Positions 11,525-22,953 of a DNA stretch of 64,000 nucleotides are shown piece by piece. The notes under the pieces are model-generated. The model saw only the letters and a program-made list of their open reading frames with translations, was not told where the DNA came from and searched no databases. The stretch covers positions 549,234 through 613,233 of the forward strand of contig ML992503.1 of the NCBI GenBank assembly GCA_010093995.1, written 5' to 3'. The stretch comes from Elsinoe ampelina (taxonomy: Eukaryota). A program made the translations under genes and the position numbers. The first letter of the stretch is position 1; the number at the start of each line of letters is the position of its first letter.

Positions 11525-14443
11525 CTACATAACTTTGACAGGTCTCCGCGCAAAAAGCCTCATGACCTCCTCGAACATGTCTCTTACGCCAGCCTTCGTC
11601 TCAAATAGCCTCGCCAGCTCTTCCGGCCTGACGACAGGCTTGTCTCCCTCCTCCTCCTGATCAATCTCCATCTCATCAGTTGCAGCATCCGCACCTGTCT
11701 CGGGCTCGACTGCTGCATCATCGACCTCGACGATGCCCCTTTCGACCTCATCCTCCTCTTCTTTTACCAAGCTCTCCTTGTTCTTGATCCTCTCCAAGAC
11801 TCCTCTGCCTTCTGCAGGTGGTTCAACGGCAAAGACTTTACCGTCGGCCGTCACGGCCACCCAGCCCCTTCTCCTTGCATACAGACCAGTCACCAGGCCA
11901 CGGATCTTGTATTCGAATACTCTGCCCTTACCCTTGTTGTCGCCAGACGCAGTGCTGTAGATCTCAACTTTGGTGTATGGCTCGGACGACTGCTGATCCG
12001 CAGATTCAGACCCCGTCTTCGGAGCTGAAGTTGGCAACGCGATGGCTGCAAGATCGGACCCAGCGACAGCCAGATGTCGTTGCCTGTGTGCGAGGGGGAT
12101 CCGGTCTTTGGGAGGATTAAGAGGGTAGAATGCTGTCTGTGCGAGGGTGGGAATGTCGATTGCGACCAGGCTGAAGTCTGTCACAGCGGTGAGCCGTCGA
12201 CCCTCAAACGCAAGAGCGTGGAGAACTCCAGGCAGAGGAGGCAGGGTGTGGGTGGAGACGAGGGAGACGTTTCCAGATTCGCCCGTGATCGAGACTAGCT
12301 GGATCTGAGAGGTGGAGGAGTAGGGCGACGAATGCGGCGAAGAGCAAGCCAGGAGGGAAGCGTCCTGAGATACAGCCAGAGAGCCGATCTGGAGAGGCGA
12401 TTCAGGCGTTGACGTTTGAACCGGTGCAATGGTTGTCGAAGGCGGCATAGTGATGGATGTCTTGCACGTCCAGTCGCTAGCCTTGTGGGTCCAGAGGCGG
12501 ATCGTACTGTCAGTGCCAAGCGTGAAGAATCTCGAGCCCGTAGGGTCTGCCACGAGGTCGAGTACGGCGCCAGGCAATGAAGTGCCCAAAGGATGAGGAT
12601 TCGATATACGAGTCTCCAGAGCCCATCGTGAATTGTTGCCATCCCAATTCCAGAACTTGAGATACACTTCTCGTCGAGCGATCTTGGCTTCCTGGTCCTG
12701 TTCCTCATCGAGGGCCAGGAAAGAGTAGTCCCCATTCAGCGGTGTCCAGCATTCGACAGTGACCAGAACCTTACCATTGGGGCTGATTGCAATTTTTGAG
12801 ACGTCAGGTGATTGGATCGGTAGCCCATTCGGCCCTGTGTTCAAGTCCGTAAGGGAATTACGAGTGAGTGCCTGTCGGTACTGATGACGTTGTGCAGAGA
12901 CGGAGAAGGACTGCAGGAAAGGTCTGGTTGAGGAGTGCGGTTTTGAAGCTGCTGAAGCTGGGACCGTCATGAGCAGAGAGTCTTGCTCGATTGGGTGAAT
13001 CGTGCCCGCCATACGGAGCTGTTGCACAGGCTGGACAGATGATATTTGCGATCCTGCATCATGAGGTAGTTGGGCGACATTGCCGGTGATTTGGTTCTGA
13101 ATGTCGGGGAAATGCGCGATCGGCTTAAGTTCACTGGTGGACAAGACCATGATCGAGTTGTCAGCAAGCTGCAAGGCATAGCTTGTCCCACTCGGTGATA
13201 CCGTGATGTGCTCGATCTCGGCGGACAAGTGTGGAAGATACTGTCTCTTTCCGCTAGAGAGTTGCCAAATAACAAGTACAGTCTCCTTGCCTCCGGAAAT
13301 CAGATAGTTCCCATCGCGTGACCACTTTACAGACGATACTGCCTCTCGATGCCAGTGCAGATTCCGTGGTGTCGGAAGACCGCTTTTCGCTACACCAGCG
13401 CTATCGAGTGTGACGTTCTCGTAGACGAAGACTTCGCCCGTCGAGGACCCAAGAGCGAGGTCGAATGAGATGCCCGACTTCTTCTGCGGATTCTTCAAGC
13501 CTAGCTTTCTAACAGCGAGGGAAGTGGCTTTGAAGTTGAGGTCAAATATAGCTTCTTGTCCACCTCGCTCGTGCAAAGTACCAAGAACAAGCTTACCAGA
13601 TCCGATGCAGACGCATGTATTGTCGAAGACAGTCATGTCTGTCAAGCGACTCTGACAACCAAAGACTGATTTGCCATTGCGGACGATGTGACTCCCCTCA
13701 TCAGCGTCTGCAAGTGTGTACACAACTTCTTCACCACTAGAGTCCACAACAGCTGAGTTGATCCTAGCAATCTTGCCATTGACTTCCGTGCTGCCAGACA
13801 AGGCCGTAGTATCCATCCAGTCCCATTGCTCTACTCGTGAAGGATTCGAGAAGCTGATGTATATCCTCGAAGGCTCTCTGGGAGAGACCGAAAAGCCTGT
13901 GACGACTGATTCTGCAGGCGCGGAAATAGTCTCCTGTACGACAGAGTCCTCAAGAGACAGCAGCCGGACCTCGTGGTCCTTTGCAGCAACCAGGTATTTG
14001 CCATCAGAAGTGAACTGCGGATCCAGGGAAAGATAGCTTCCTCCAATTGGCGCTGAGATGGACCATCCTTTGTACTTCTCCTTGACTCCAGCGTTCTGTC
14101 TCTTCTCGTCGTCTTGCCTCTTCTGGAGCTTGAGAGATACAGACTCTTCGGGGAACGCTCCTCCAGGTGTTCCAGTTTTCTTCGAGCTCTTCGGTGTCGT
14201 GCTGGGTGTACCAGTGGCTTTTTGAGGAGTCTTCTTCGCTTTCTCACTCGTCGCGGTCTCATTCGTTTTGGTCGGCGTGTTCGTCACCTCCTTGTCTCCA
14301 TTTCCAGCTACATCCTCCCCAGACTCCTCCATCACCTCATCCTCATCCGCCCTTCTCCTCTTCCTGCTCGCCGCCGGACCTTGTCTCGGCTTTTGCGATC
14401 TCCTCCTTTTCTTCGATTCCTCCGCAGCCATTTCGGGCGCCAT
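11525..14443 (-). CDS. UTP17: U3 snoRNA-associated WD40 protein (t-UTP subunit, NAN1/WDR75)
   Basis: 972-aa ORF with K/R-rich N-terminus and WD repeats, including LHWHREAVSSVKWSRDGNYLISGGKETVLVIWQL...QYLPHL and LKFWNW. Confidence 0.85.
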   Translation of the reverse strand: MAPEMAAEESKKRRRSQKPRQGPAASRKRRRADEDEVMEESGEDVAGNGDKEVTNTPTKTNETATSEKAKKTPQKATGTPSTTPKSSKKTGTPGGAFPEESVSLKLQKRQDDEKRQNAGVKEKYKGWSISAPIGGSYLSLDPQFTSDGKYLVAAKDHEVRLLSLEDSVVQETISAPAESVVTGFSVSPREPSRIYISFSNPSRVEQWDWMDTTALSGSTEVNGKIARINSAVVDSSGEEVVYTLADADEGSHIVRNGKSVFGCQSRLTDMTVFDNTCVCIGSGKLVLGTLHERGGQEAIFDLNFKATSLAVRKLGLKNPQKKSGISFDLALGSSTGEVFVYENVTLDSAGVAKSGLPTPRNLHWHREAVSSVKWSRDGNYLISGGKETVLVIWQLSSGKRQYLPHLSAEIEHITVSPSGTSYALQLADNSIMVLSTSELKPIAHFPDIQNQITGNVAQLPHDAGSQISSVQPVQQLRMAGTIHPIEQDSLLMTVPASAASKPHSSTRPFLQSFSVSAQRHQYRQALTRNSLTDLNTGPNGLPIQSPDVSKIAISPNGKVLVTVECWTPLNGDYSFLALDEEQDQEAKIARREVYLKFWNWDGNNSRWALETRISNPHPLGTSLPGAVLDLVADPTGSRFFTLGTDSTIRLWTHKASDWTCKTSITMPPSTTIAPVQTSTPESPLQIGSLAVSQDASLLACSSPHSSPYSSTSQIQLVSITGESGNVSLVSTHTLPPLPGVLHALAFEGRRLTAVTDFSLVAIDIPTLAQTAFYPLNPPKDRIPLAHRQRHLAVAGSDLAAIALPTSAPKTGSESADQQSSEPYTKVEIYSTASGDNKGKGRVFEYKIRGLVTGLYARRRGWVAVTADGKVFAVEPPAEGRGVLERIKNKESLVKEEEDEVERGIVEVDDAAVEPETGADAATDEMEIDQEEEGDKPVVRPEELARLFETKAGVRDMFEEVMRLFARRPVKVM

Positions 14444-14639
14444 TGTCGGAAGTCTTTCAGGAATTCAGCAAGACGGACTTGCTTGGTAGCTTGCGATCAA
14501 TCTCCCCTCCCGCTCTCCAGAGAAAAGTTCTTGACCCCGGCTCAACCTCGGCGCTTTGCGGGCAAAAAGTTCACTTCCGGCGCAGACAGGCTTGGACATC
14601 AGTCACTCCTTGAGCAGCACATACATTCGCAAAGTCAAG

Positions 14640-14958
14640 ATGATTATCCCTGTTCGCTGTTTCTCGTGCGGCAAGGTCATCGGTGATCTGTGGGAGAGGT
14701 ACCTGGAGTTGCTCGGACAGGAAGTGCAGGACGGGTGAGTCGTGCGTGGAATGGCTTCGGGAGGCGGGGACTGATGGTCGACAGCGAGGCGATGGATCAG
14801 CTTGGTCTGCACCGGTATTGCTGCAGAAGGATGCTCATGACGCATGTGGATCTCATCGAAAAGCTTTTGAGGTATGTTTGTCCGTGAAACCACGAGAGGT
14901 GCGGCCTGACGGTGGTAGATACAACCCAGCCGAGAGAGATATCATCAGGAACCGCTGA
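14640..14958 (+). CDS. RPB10: DNA-directed RNA polymerases I/II/III subunit RPABC5; exons 14640-14734, 14785-14871, 14919-14958
   Basis: Spliced [25 protein letters not shown]...[36 protein letters not shown]. Canonical introns. Confidence 0.97.
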
Positions 14959-15332
14959 GACGGCAGCAGAGATATGGGATGTATGTCAGGAAAACGACCG
15001 GAGCATTATCACTGTTTCAAGCATGGAGTTATGGTATGGAAAACGGGCAGGTCTGCTTCAGGACCAGTAGGGTAGGCGCGCTAGATATCGAGCACGAGGG
15101 GTACAAGCCCATCATGACAGGGCTAGCGGTGAGATACACGCGATACTGCCCTTCTGAAGTCCGGCAATGGTCATTTGTTCTCTCTATACACGTGCAACAC
15201 TCTCTTGGTGGTGATTTCACGTGCTCCCCCAATCCATCAAACCTCCAAACGCCAAGCCCTAAGCTCCATCGCATCAAAATTTCCACCCGCACCTCTTCGA
15301 CCTCGCATCCATCCCAACCACCCACCCACATC

Positions 15333-15687
15333 ATGCCTCCCAAACGCTATGTGACTGCGCCTGCGCAGCGTCAATCCAACAGCTCATACGTCCGCAACAT
15401 CATCAACGAGGTCACATCGCCCGAGAACAGGAGTGTTGTCACTGCAGTTGGCTTTTTCGCTGTACGTCATTCTTTCGGTATATGTCGAGGGTCATGAGGG
15501 AGACGAAGAGGGTGTCAAGGGATAGGGTGGGGTGTCAAGAGCTGGATAAGAACCAACACCGGGATCAGGGGGTTGGACGGACATGGATCTTCGCATTGGA
15601 CTGACGGGAATACTGGCGCTGACAACTCGGCAGGCAGGTGTTGCTTTCTTGCACAGTAGCTGGAGCGATGTTCTGAGGCCGCCGTAA
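15333..15687 (+). CDS. TOM6: Mitochondrial import receptor small subunit; exons 15333-15461, 15634-15687 (a further intron at 15684 may give a tiny last exon near 15727-15740)
   Basis: MPPKRYVTAP...EVTSPENRSVVTAVGFFA|AGVAFLHSSWSDVLRPP resembles filamentous-fungal Tom6 (TSPENxSxV..F..AVxFLxSSW). Confidence 0.75.
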
Positions 15688-18176
15688 GCATGGAGAGAAG
15701 TCTGGGTAAGGGAGTTGCTGACAATAGTAGTATGTAGATCGTGGGGACACGTCAAGCCATGGGCGTGGGACAAGCGAAAGGGTAGATACATGATTGGAAG
15801 CGAGGGAGACTGTACGATAGGCGCAGGAAGGAAGAAAGAGCTAGCATTGCTGAGACCATCGAACATGAGAGGCACCCACCGCCGTGGTGGATATGATGGA
15901 CCGAGGAGGAGAATCTCTGCTCAGAAGTGACGAACAGCAGAGCGAGGATATTTGTACATGCATAATCAATTCAGTACCTGCGCTATTCTCTGGCGACAGC
16001 GCATAATCGTTGTGCAGAATCGCCTCTCGAATGGTCGTCTAAACGGTGTGTTCTTCTGGAGCATCAAGTGAGTTCCGTCGAGCCGCATCTTGCCATGTCG
16101 AGAATGTGTCTGCGGGGGCGATGTAGGCGCGTGATTAAGCTATCGAGACTGCGAGGGACCCAGGGTCGCCACCCCCTGCTCGTTAGGGCCTGATGAAAAG
16201 AGGCAAAGGGCTTCAAGCTTTGCCACAAGCTCAGGCTTGGGTTTGAGCTTGATTTTGAGCCTGTCGCACATGTCAATCCACGTTCTAGGTGAAGGCAGAC
16301 ATATGTGCAGGGGCAATGAATATGCGTGAACGAAGTATCTGCTTACATGTGCTGTTCTGCATAGGCTTTCCTGCTCCTGTCAGGGGAGGCTTGTCTTAAT
16401 GGCTCGGACTCTGATTCTCGCAGACATGGTTTGGCGCAGGGGCGAGCTGTGGAGCAAGTCATGAGCTATCAGGTGATGCTCAAGCCCAGCAGGATGCCTA
16501 TCTGCGCAAACGAATCTTCCAGTCAGTAGCGATCCCCGTCCGTGGGCGACTACATGATCTAGATGGTCCAGCTGTTCGCATACTACATGGATACTTGCCT
16601 TGCGATAGAGCTGGAGGTCGCAATGCACGTGAATCGAAAGGAAATATTGATTGCAAGGTCCAGCCCTTCAACGACGATACACTTTCGTCCTGCAATGCCT
16701 GTTCGCCACGAGAGACGTCGACTATGCGACCTTGAAGCCTTCTTCGAAGTAGACACAGTACGGAATAAGCGGGCAACGAAGCAGAACGTGCATGTCAAAT
16801 CACTGACGCCACTGGCTTAAGTGAGTCGCAAGCGAACGATAGCTCGTAGACTTTTGACAACGTGTGCAAGGCGATAGCTACCATGATATTGTTAGTCTCG
16901 AAGATCGCGGTCGCTTCGCAAACCCCAGAGCAAGACGGCCGTAAGATCGGCCAATTCTAGCGGCTCGGTTGTACTAGGGCAGGCTGTTCGTGCTAATTTG
17001 GAAGCAAGACTGCTGAAAAAGGTACTGAATCATACCAATCACCGGATTTGAACATTTGGCAGAGGCTTTGTGCTGACAATCAGCCGAATTGACGGCAACA
17101 GGATTCACGCCACAACGTGAAGCACACGTGAGATCAGCATCAGTGGTCCAACACAGCTGAACGAAGTCCAAAGATGGCGAGCTGGCGACTCCTGATAGTC
17201 GGGATGGCCTTTTTTGGTGAAGTAGCTTACAATCGTCTGCAGGGGACAGGGTAGATCAGTGATCATTGGTCGTGGACGACACAAGAAGTAATCATATTTG
17301 AGCAAAATTGCTCATTAGTATAGCCAACTGCATGGTCGTTTGTAATGCCAGGCTGACCAATGAATGATCGGCAGTCGAAAGGAGAATAGCGTGATGGTCA
17401 ATTTTGTCAGCGCCGAGTGGAGCTCGAGGAGTTTGGCGGAGGTATCGATGGTCGGAGTTGAAAGTGTCCGACGACCGCTTGGCTTGACTGGCGTGCAGGA
17501 AGGGCCAAGAGGCATCCCGCAGGCGGAAGAAAGACTGTGAAATTGTGCACTTACCGCCGTGGCTCCGACCGTTGAATAGCAACTGGATTATGCTTTGGAA
17601 TACTTGTCCAGAGCCCTCGCCGAGTGGGAAGTAATCGCCACGGACCTTGGCATTATTGAAAGATCCAGGCCTGCAATGCCGGTGGTATTGCAGGTGTAGC
17701 AGCAGTGTGGATACAGGACGGAATTACGATGTGTCGCGAATGAAGGCGGAATGCGATGCGAGATGAAGACGTATCAGGCGTCGCCGTAGCCGAAAGGTAC
17801 AGTGGTAGTCTGCAAGTAGTGAGGTGTCATCGTGATGCGCCTCAGAATTGTGCGGTGAGAATAGCAGGCTACGTACGCGTAAATGAGACTTGGGCAAGCC
17901 ACAGTGCGATGGGCTGACCGCAGATTGTTGTACGCGGAGCAATCTGAGTACGACGGATAGACATGCGCAGCAGCAGATCCAGGCACCCACGATGCGACCC
18001 AATCATGTACGAGCAAGCCACTTTTTGCACACGACGCTGTCACCTTGCCAGGCTTGCCTTTTTCCCGAGACAGTGAACAAGCGTCCAAGCATTCACGGTA
18101 CGTGGACGCACAGGCGGCAGGGCCTCATCTGAGGAGATGCGAGATAAGATGCGACACGCAGGGGCGGAGCAGTTGA

Positions 18177-21013
18177 GAGGGCGTATACTTTCGTAATCTG
18201 TTTATCTTGTAATCGATTACAACTAGCGCAGTAATAGAGTTTAGCGGTTGCCGTGAAGGAGGTGTAGATCGCTCTAGCTAGTGCTTAAGCCTCTAGAAGG
18301 CGGTAAAGCTACTCGGCGGTAGAGGAGGTGTTATTTATAAGGCTATAATATAGTTAGTATAGAGCAATTACAATAGAGGAACAGCTTAAGCTTACTATCG
18401 TCGCTATTATCTAGCTGATTGTCTAGCGTGCTTATATAACTTATCGACTAACTAGAAGAATAATAGTACTTTACTAGCGTTATTAAGGCCTTAGTATAGT
18501 AAGCCTTAATACTATTCTTAAAGACTCTAAATATCTATACTAGTATACTTACTACTAGCTCTCCTCTTTTAAAGTGCTCCTTAAGAGGCTATAGCACTAA
18601 GAGAACTTACCTTTAAGAGGTAACTATTACTATAAGGCTTACTACTACCTTACTATCTTTCTTAATCTTATTAGTACTAATAGCTCTTATTAAGATATAG
18701 TAATCTAGACAAGGTATATACTATAGACTATTAGTACTACCTTTTACTAAGTACTAGATAGCTTAGTACCTCTATATCTCGAGGCTATATAGCCTATCTC
18801 TTAGCTAGTTAATTTACTACTAAAATATTAAACTAACTATAAGTTCTAGCCTTTCTTTAAAAGCTACATTAGAGCGCTAGATAGATTATATTTACTACTA
18901 TATATTACTAGTAAGTAATTACCTTAGAGGAATAGGAAGGGTATACTTATATAGAACATACTAGTAGTAGTAGACTTTAATATACATTTTATATATATAT
19001 TAGCTAGATAGGAGGGGTCTATATACGACTCTAGAGTACTTAGCTTAGCGCGTAAGAAGAGCTTTATAACACCTAGAGATTGTTACTATCTAGCTAATAC
19101 TAGATATAGTAATAGAGACGACTTACTAGTGCCTTACTATAGCGTAAGATATTACCTCTAAGAGTAGAGAGCTACTAGTTATAAACTAGAGAACTCTTAA
19201 GAGATCTTTAACCTCTACTATACGTAGATAAGGAATATTATAGAGAGGGCCTTTAGAGTCTTTAAAAGGCACTTTAAAATCCTTACTTAGCCTTACTCCT
19301 TTCTAATTCTTATATAGATTAAGCTAGTATATACTCTAGCTACTCTCTATAACTTCTTAATTGATAAGTAAGGCCTATAGAGAGACAATAAGAGAGTAGT
19401 AAAAGTAGTAGTAATTAACGCCTTATATAATCTAGAGGTACTTAATCTAGATAAGTATAAATCTAAAGTTAACTAGAGCTTAATAATAGTAAAGAAGAGA
19501 GATAAGATAGTAAAGAAGATATAGAAGAGTTATAGGGCTTATCTAGATAGATAGAAGAGTTAAAAATTAATTAAATTTAGTTAGCCTTAAGGAAAGTTTA
19601 TTTCTTAGTAAATAGCACTATAAAAAACTCTCCTTGAGGCTAACCTTATTATTATATATACTAACTAATCCTTATAATATCTCGCTTACCCCTCTTAAGC
19701 TATAAACTTTTTACTACTTCTACTACCTATTTAACTAGCTAGCCTTACATAATATTAGAGATTATTAGTTATAATACTAATCTACTATAATACTAACTTA
19801 ATCTATATCTCTTTATCTATAGTATTAAACATTTTAGTATAATCTTAAAGGTAGAAAGTAACTTATACTTTTACTACTAGAGGAAGGTAAGTAAATTTAG
19901 TATAGAGCTTAAAGGTAGTAGTAGTAATAGAAGAAGGTTTAGCGCGCTATTTATTTACTATATTTATTACTCTTCTTATACCTCTTAACTCCTTTATTAT
20001 CTTATTATCTAATAGCCTTCTTCTCTTTCTTGCCTATAATAAGCTTAAAGCTAAGGTTCTAGTTACTAAGGTTAGTATCGACCTTCTAGATACTAGACTC
20101 TCTAGGTTAAAAAGTAGTAGCGGTACTATAGAGGCTAATAATTCTATAGGCTTAGAGTTACTCTAGAAGATTAATTTATTAGTCTTAGTATTAAGCTTCT
20201 TATTCTCTTCTAGTACTACTACTAGTCGATTAATAAGGTCCTCTACCTTATTAGTAAACTTACTAGTAGTAGCGACGCTAGCCTAAAGCTTATTATACTA
20301 CTCTTTATATTTAAAGGCTTACCTTATAAATTTATATACTCTTAAGTACTTCTTAAAATAAGCCTCTATTACTAGCTTCTTACTAGAGGATAATCTAAAC
20401 TTGTTCTTTAACTAACTACTTAAGCTAAGGAGCGCCTTCTAATCTATCTACTTACCCTTTAATACTAATAACTTATTCTTTACTTAGTTAGCCTTTAGTA
20501 ACTATCTTAGTATTAATACTATACTTACTATAATAGTAGCCTCTCGATAGGCCTTTACCTTCTATCTAGATTAAGCCTACTAGCCGCTCCCCTTTACCTT
20601 TAGTATAGTCTTAAATAGTACTATTATTATCTAATAATTCTATAAGGTATTACCTTAGTTAGAAGTAGACTTAGTAGAAGGAGTTAGTATTTATAAAGAG
20701 TAAGGAGGTATAACAATTAGTATATAATAAGAGTAAGGAGCATAACTAATACCTCTTTAGATAGAGGTTAGATAAAGGCTTAGCAGTAGAAAAGCAATTA
20801 TAGCTTATAAACTACCTCTCGAGGTAGTTACGCTAAGAGGGTATAATTACTTAAGCTTTACTACTAACCTTACAAGATTAAGGTATTATAGCGCTAATTA
20901 TTACTATAATCTAATTACACGACAATTACAAAGTATACGCGTTTCGATTACAGCTATAATTGCTGTAATCTGTAATCGATTACAGCCGTAATCGCTCAAA
21001 AGTATACGCCCTC
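18177..21013 (+). mobile_element. PIF/Harbinger DNA transposon A, RIP-inactivated; transposase on + (~18330-19560), probable second ORF on - (~19600-20700)
   Basis: TIR GAGGGCGTATACTTT / AAAGTATACGCCCTC and 3-bp TSD TGA (18174-18176, 21014-21016). De-RIPed DDE_Tnp_4 motifs IGALDG, QNVLAAVDFD..F.YVLAGWEGS.HDSRVL, YYLADAGY, FNL.H...RN.VERAFGVFKR.FKI. Subterminal GTAATCGATTAC repeats. Confidence 0.9.
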
Positions 21014-21672
21014 TGATCCTCGATGCAACTTTGTGGAGATGCCTGGCAACCGGCCAGTGAGTCAAGGTGTCATGATCTGGGGATAGCAATATTGTCTCCG
21101 GATGGTTAGGGACAAGTCGGTGTCGGAGTCGAGCAAGACGGTCAGATGCACAAATCTGCGGATCAGAGTGGGTGACTCGAACGGCGTTTACAAATCCGAG
21201 GCCGAACGATGAGTTCCAAGACGAGATCCAAGGGACAAAGGAAGGGGAACAGTCAGCCTGCGACTGCGCAACGGCCACGCGCGTGAAAAAAAAGAATCCG
21301 GCCGACCAGGCCCAAAGGTTTGCGCTAGCGGGTCCGGATGAGAAATAACGTCCGCAAAGACCGGCGGGCTTACGATAGATGTTACCGTGCATGCGGACGA
21401 GACACACTCAAGGCCTCAGGTTACTTATACACCCTTCAGATCCGTCCTGAAGATCTGGTCTATCCAAGCAATCCGATACAAATACAATACACACAAAGAA
21501 CAAGGATCCCAACAGTCCAGCATCAACCTCGCATCACAATAACATAACAACCAATCTATACTCACACCACTCTTGGCTCTTCTGCCCCACGTTTTACGGT
21601 TAGTGACTCTCTTCCGATCACGCAACCAATGGACATTGTTGACTCATGCTTTCCAGGCACATCGTAAACAAA

Positions 21673-22413
21673 ATGCCTTCCAACCTCAGACTTCAACTCG
21701 ACGTCCAGTCTACTCAATCATACTACCCTCACACCGCATCTGCCTCTTCACCACAACAAAAGTCCAAGATGTCTCTCACGCAGACATACCGCATCGCCTC
21801 TGCTGCACGAGGAAAGCTCGGCATGGAGGCATCCCGCGCCGACCACAACCTCCGCTTGCTCGTAGGCCACGCCAACCTCCTCGACTCTCTCATGCTTGAG
21901 CTTACCAATGCCGAGCGCGAACAGGAGGCCTGGTTCAACGACACCATCCGCACTGCCAACCGCGGCGAGGCACCCAAGCACATCCAATGGTTCGACAGCA
22001 TCGCCGAGGAGGATGAGGCCTACGATGACGATGACTCCGACTCGGACAGCGACTCGGACATTGATGTCAATGACTTTGCCATCCCACCCCGCCGCCGCTC
22101 AGTCTCGCCGCCTCCCTCGAACCCGATCTACTACGATGACGAGGAAGAGGTTGAGGACTACGACGAGGACGAGGAGCTCGCTCTCGCCCGCGTGCCTAGC
22201 CACTCCACTCCAGAGCTGGTACACGAGGACTCCGACTCTGAAGACGAGTCAATGCCGCCATCACCATCGCACAGCACCATCGAGTTCGACGAGAAGACGG
22301 CCGCAGCCATTGGGCAATCAGAATTGTACCCAAAGGCCGTGGCACATCTCAAGGCCGAGGTGGTATCGGAAGACTTTCTCCAACAGACACCGACCATGAT
22401 CCCTGCCTACTAA
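21673..22413 (+). CDS. ECM13-like acidic protein (start 21673 or 21769; probable 5'-UTR intron ~21599-21656)
   Basis: MSLTQTYRIASAARGKLGMEASRADHNLRLLVGHANLLDSL is the conserved ECM13/YJR115W-like motif, followed by a D/E-rich low-complexity tail. Confidence 0.75.
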   Translation: MPSNLRLQLDVQSTQSYYPHTASASSPQQKSKMSLTQTYRIASAARGKLGMEASRADHNLRLLVGHANLLDSLMLELTNAEREQEAWFNDTIRTANRGEAPKHIQWFDSIAEEDEAYDDDDSDSDSDSDIDVNDFAIPPRRRSVSPPPSNPIYYDDEEEVEDYDEDEELALARVPSHSTPELVHEDSDSEDESMPPSPSHSTIEFDEKTAAAIGQSELYPKAVAHLKAEVVSEDFLQQTPTMIPAY

Positions 22414-22953
22414 GCAGCATTGGATCTTCAAATCATCTTCGGTTCCAGTCCAGCGTCTTCAGCGAGCATTTGAGCGACATTTTTTTTTTCGAGCATTGCA
22501 TTCACGACATTTACGATTTGGTTTGGCATATACCCAGGACAGCCGCGAGGCAGGGACAGGGACAGGGACAGGGTCGGGGATAGAATCGCAACTCTTGGGA
22601 TATGGGAACGGTAGCCTCCTCGCCTTGACGAGTAGAGAGCATAGCAAACAGAAGCTGTACAGCAATCTGTACACAAACAATCAACATTATCAAACACACT
22701 CTGCTCTCCCCTCCCCTCCATTGAAATCTCTGTGCGTAAAAACCGAATCTTCCCTGCCTCCCTGCTCCTCCCGACATCACAATCACATGCACAGTACACT
22801 ACCACAATGTCCCTGACCTAGCCAAAAAAAATTAAAATGGATGACTCCATCGCGAAACCTAAAACTCCCTGACTCGTCCGACGCGAGTTATAACGGAAAG
22901 TCCATCCAATCCCTCCGGGCGCCGGCGGCCCAATTTCAAAGCGAACCACGATT

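Noticed and set aside
21629..21667. Upstream ATGs (uORF, and ORF-track start 21646) before the ECM13-like gene
   Set aside because: They fall within a probable 5'-UTR intron (GTTAGT...TTGAC...CAG, ~21599-21656).
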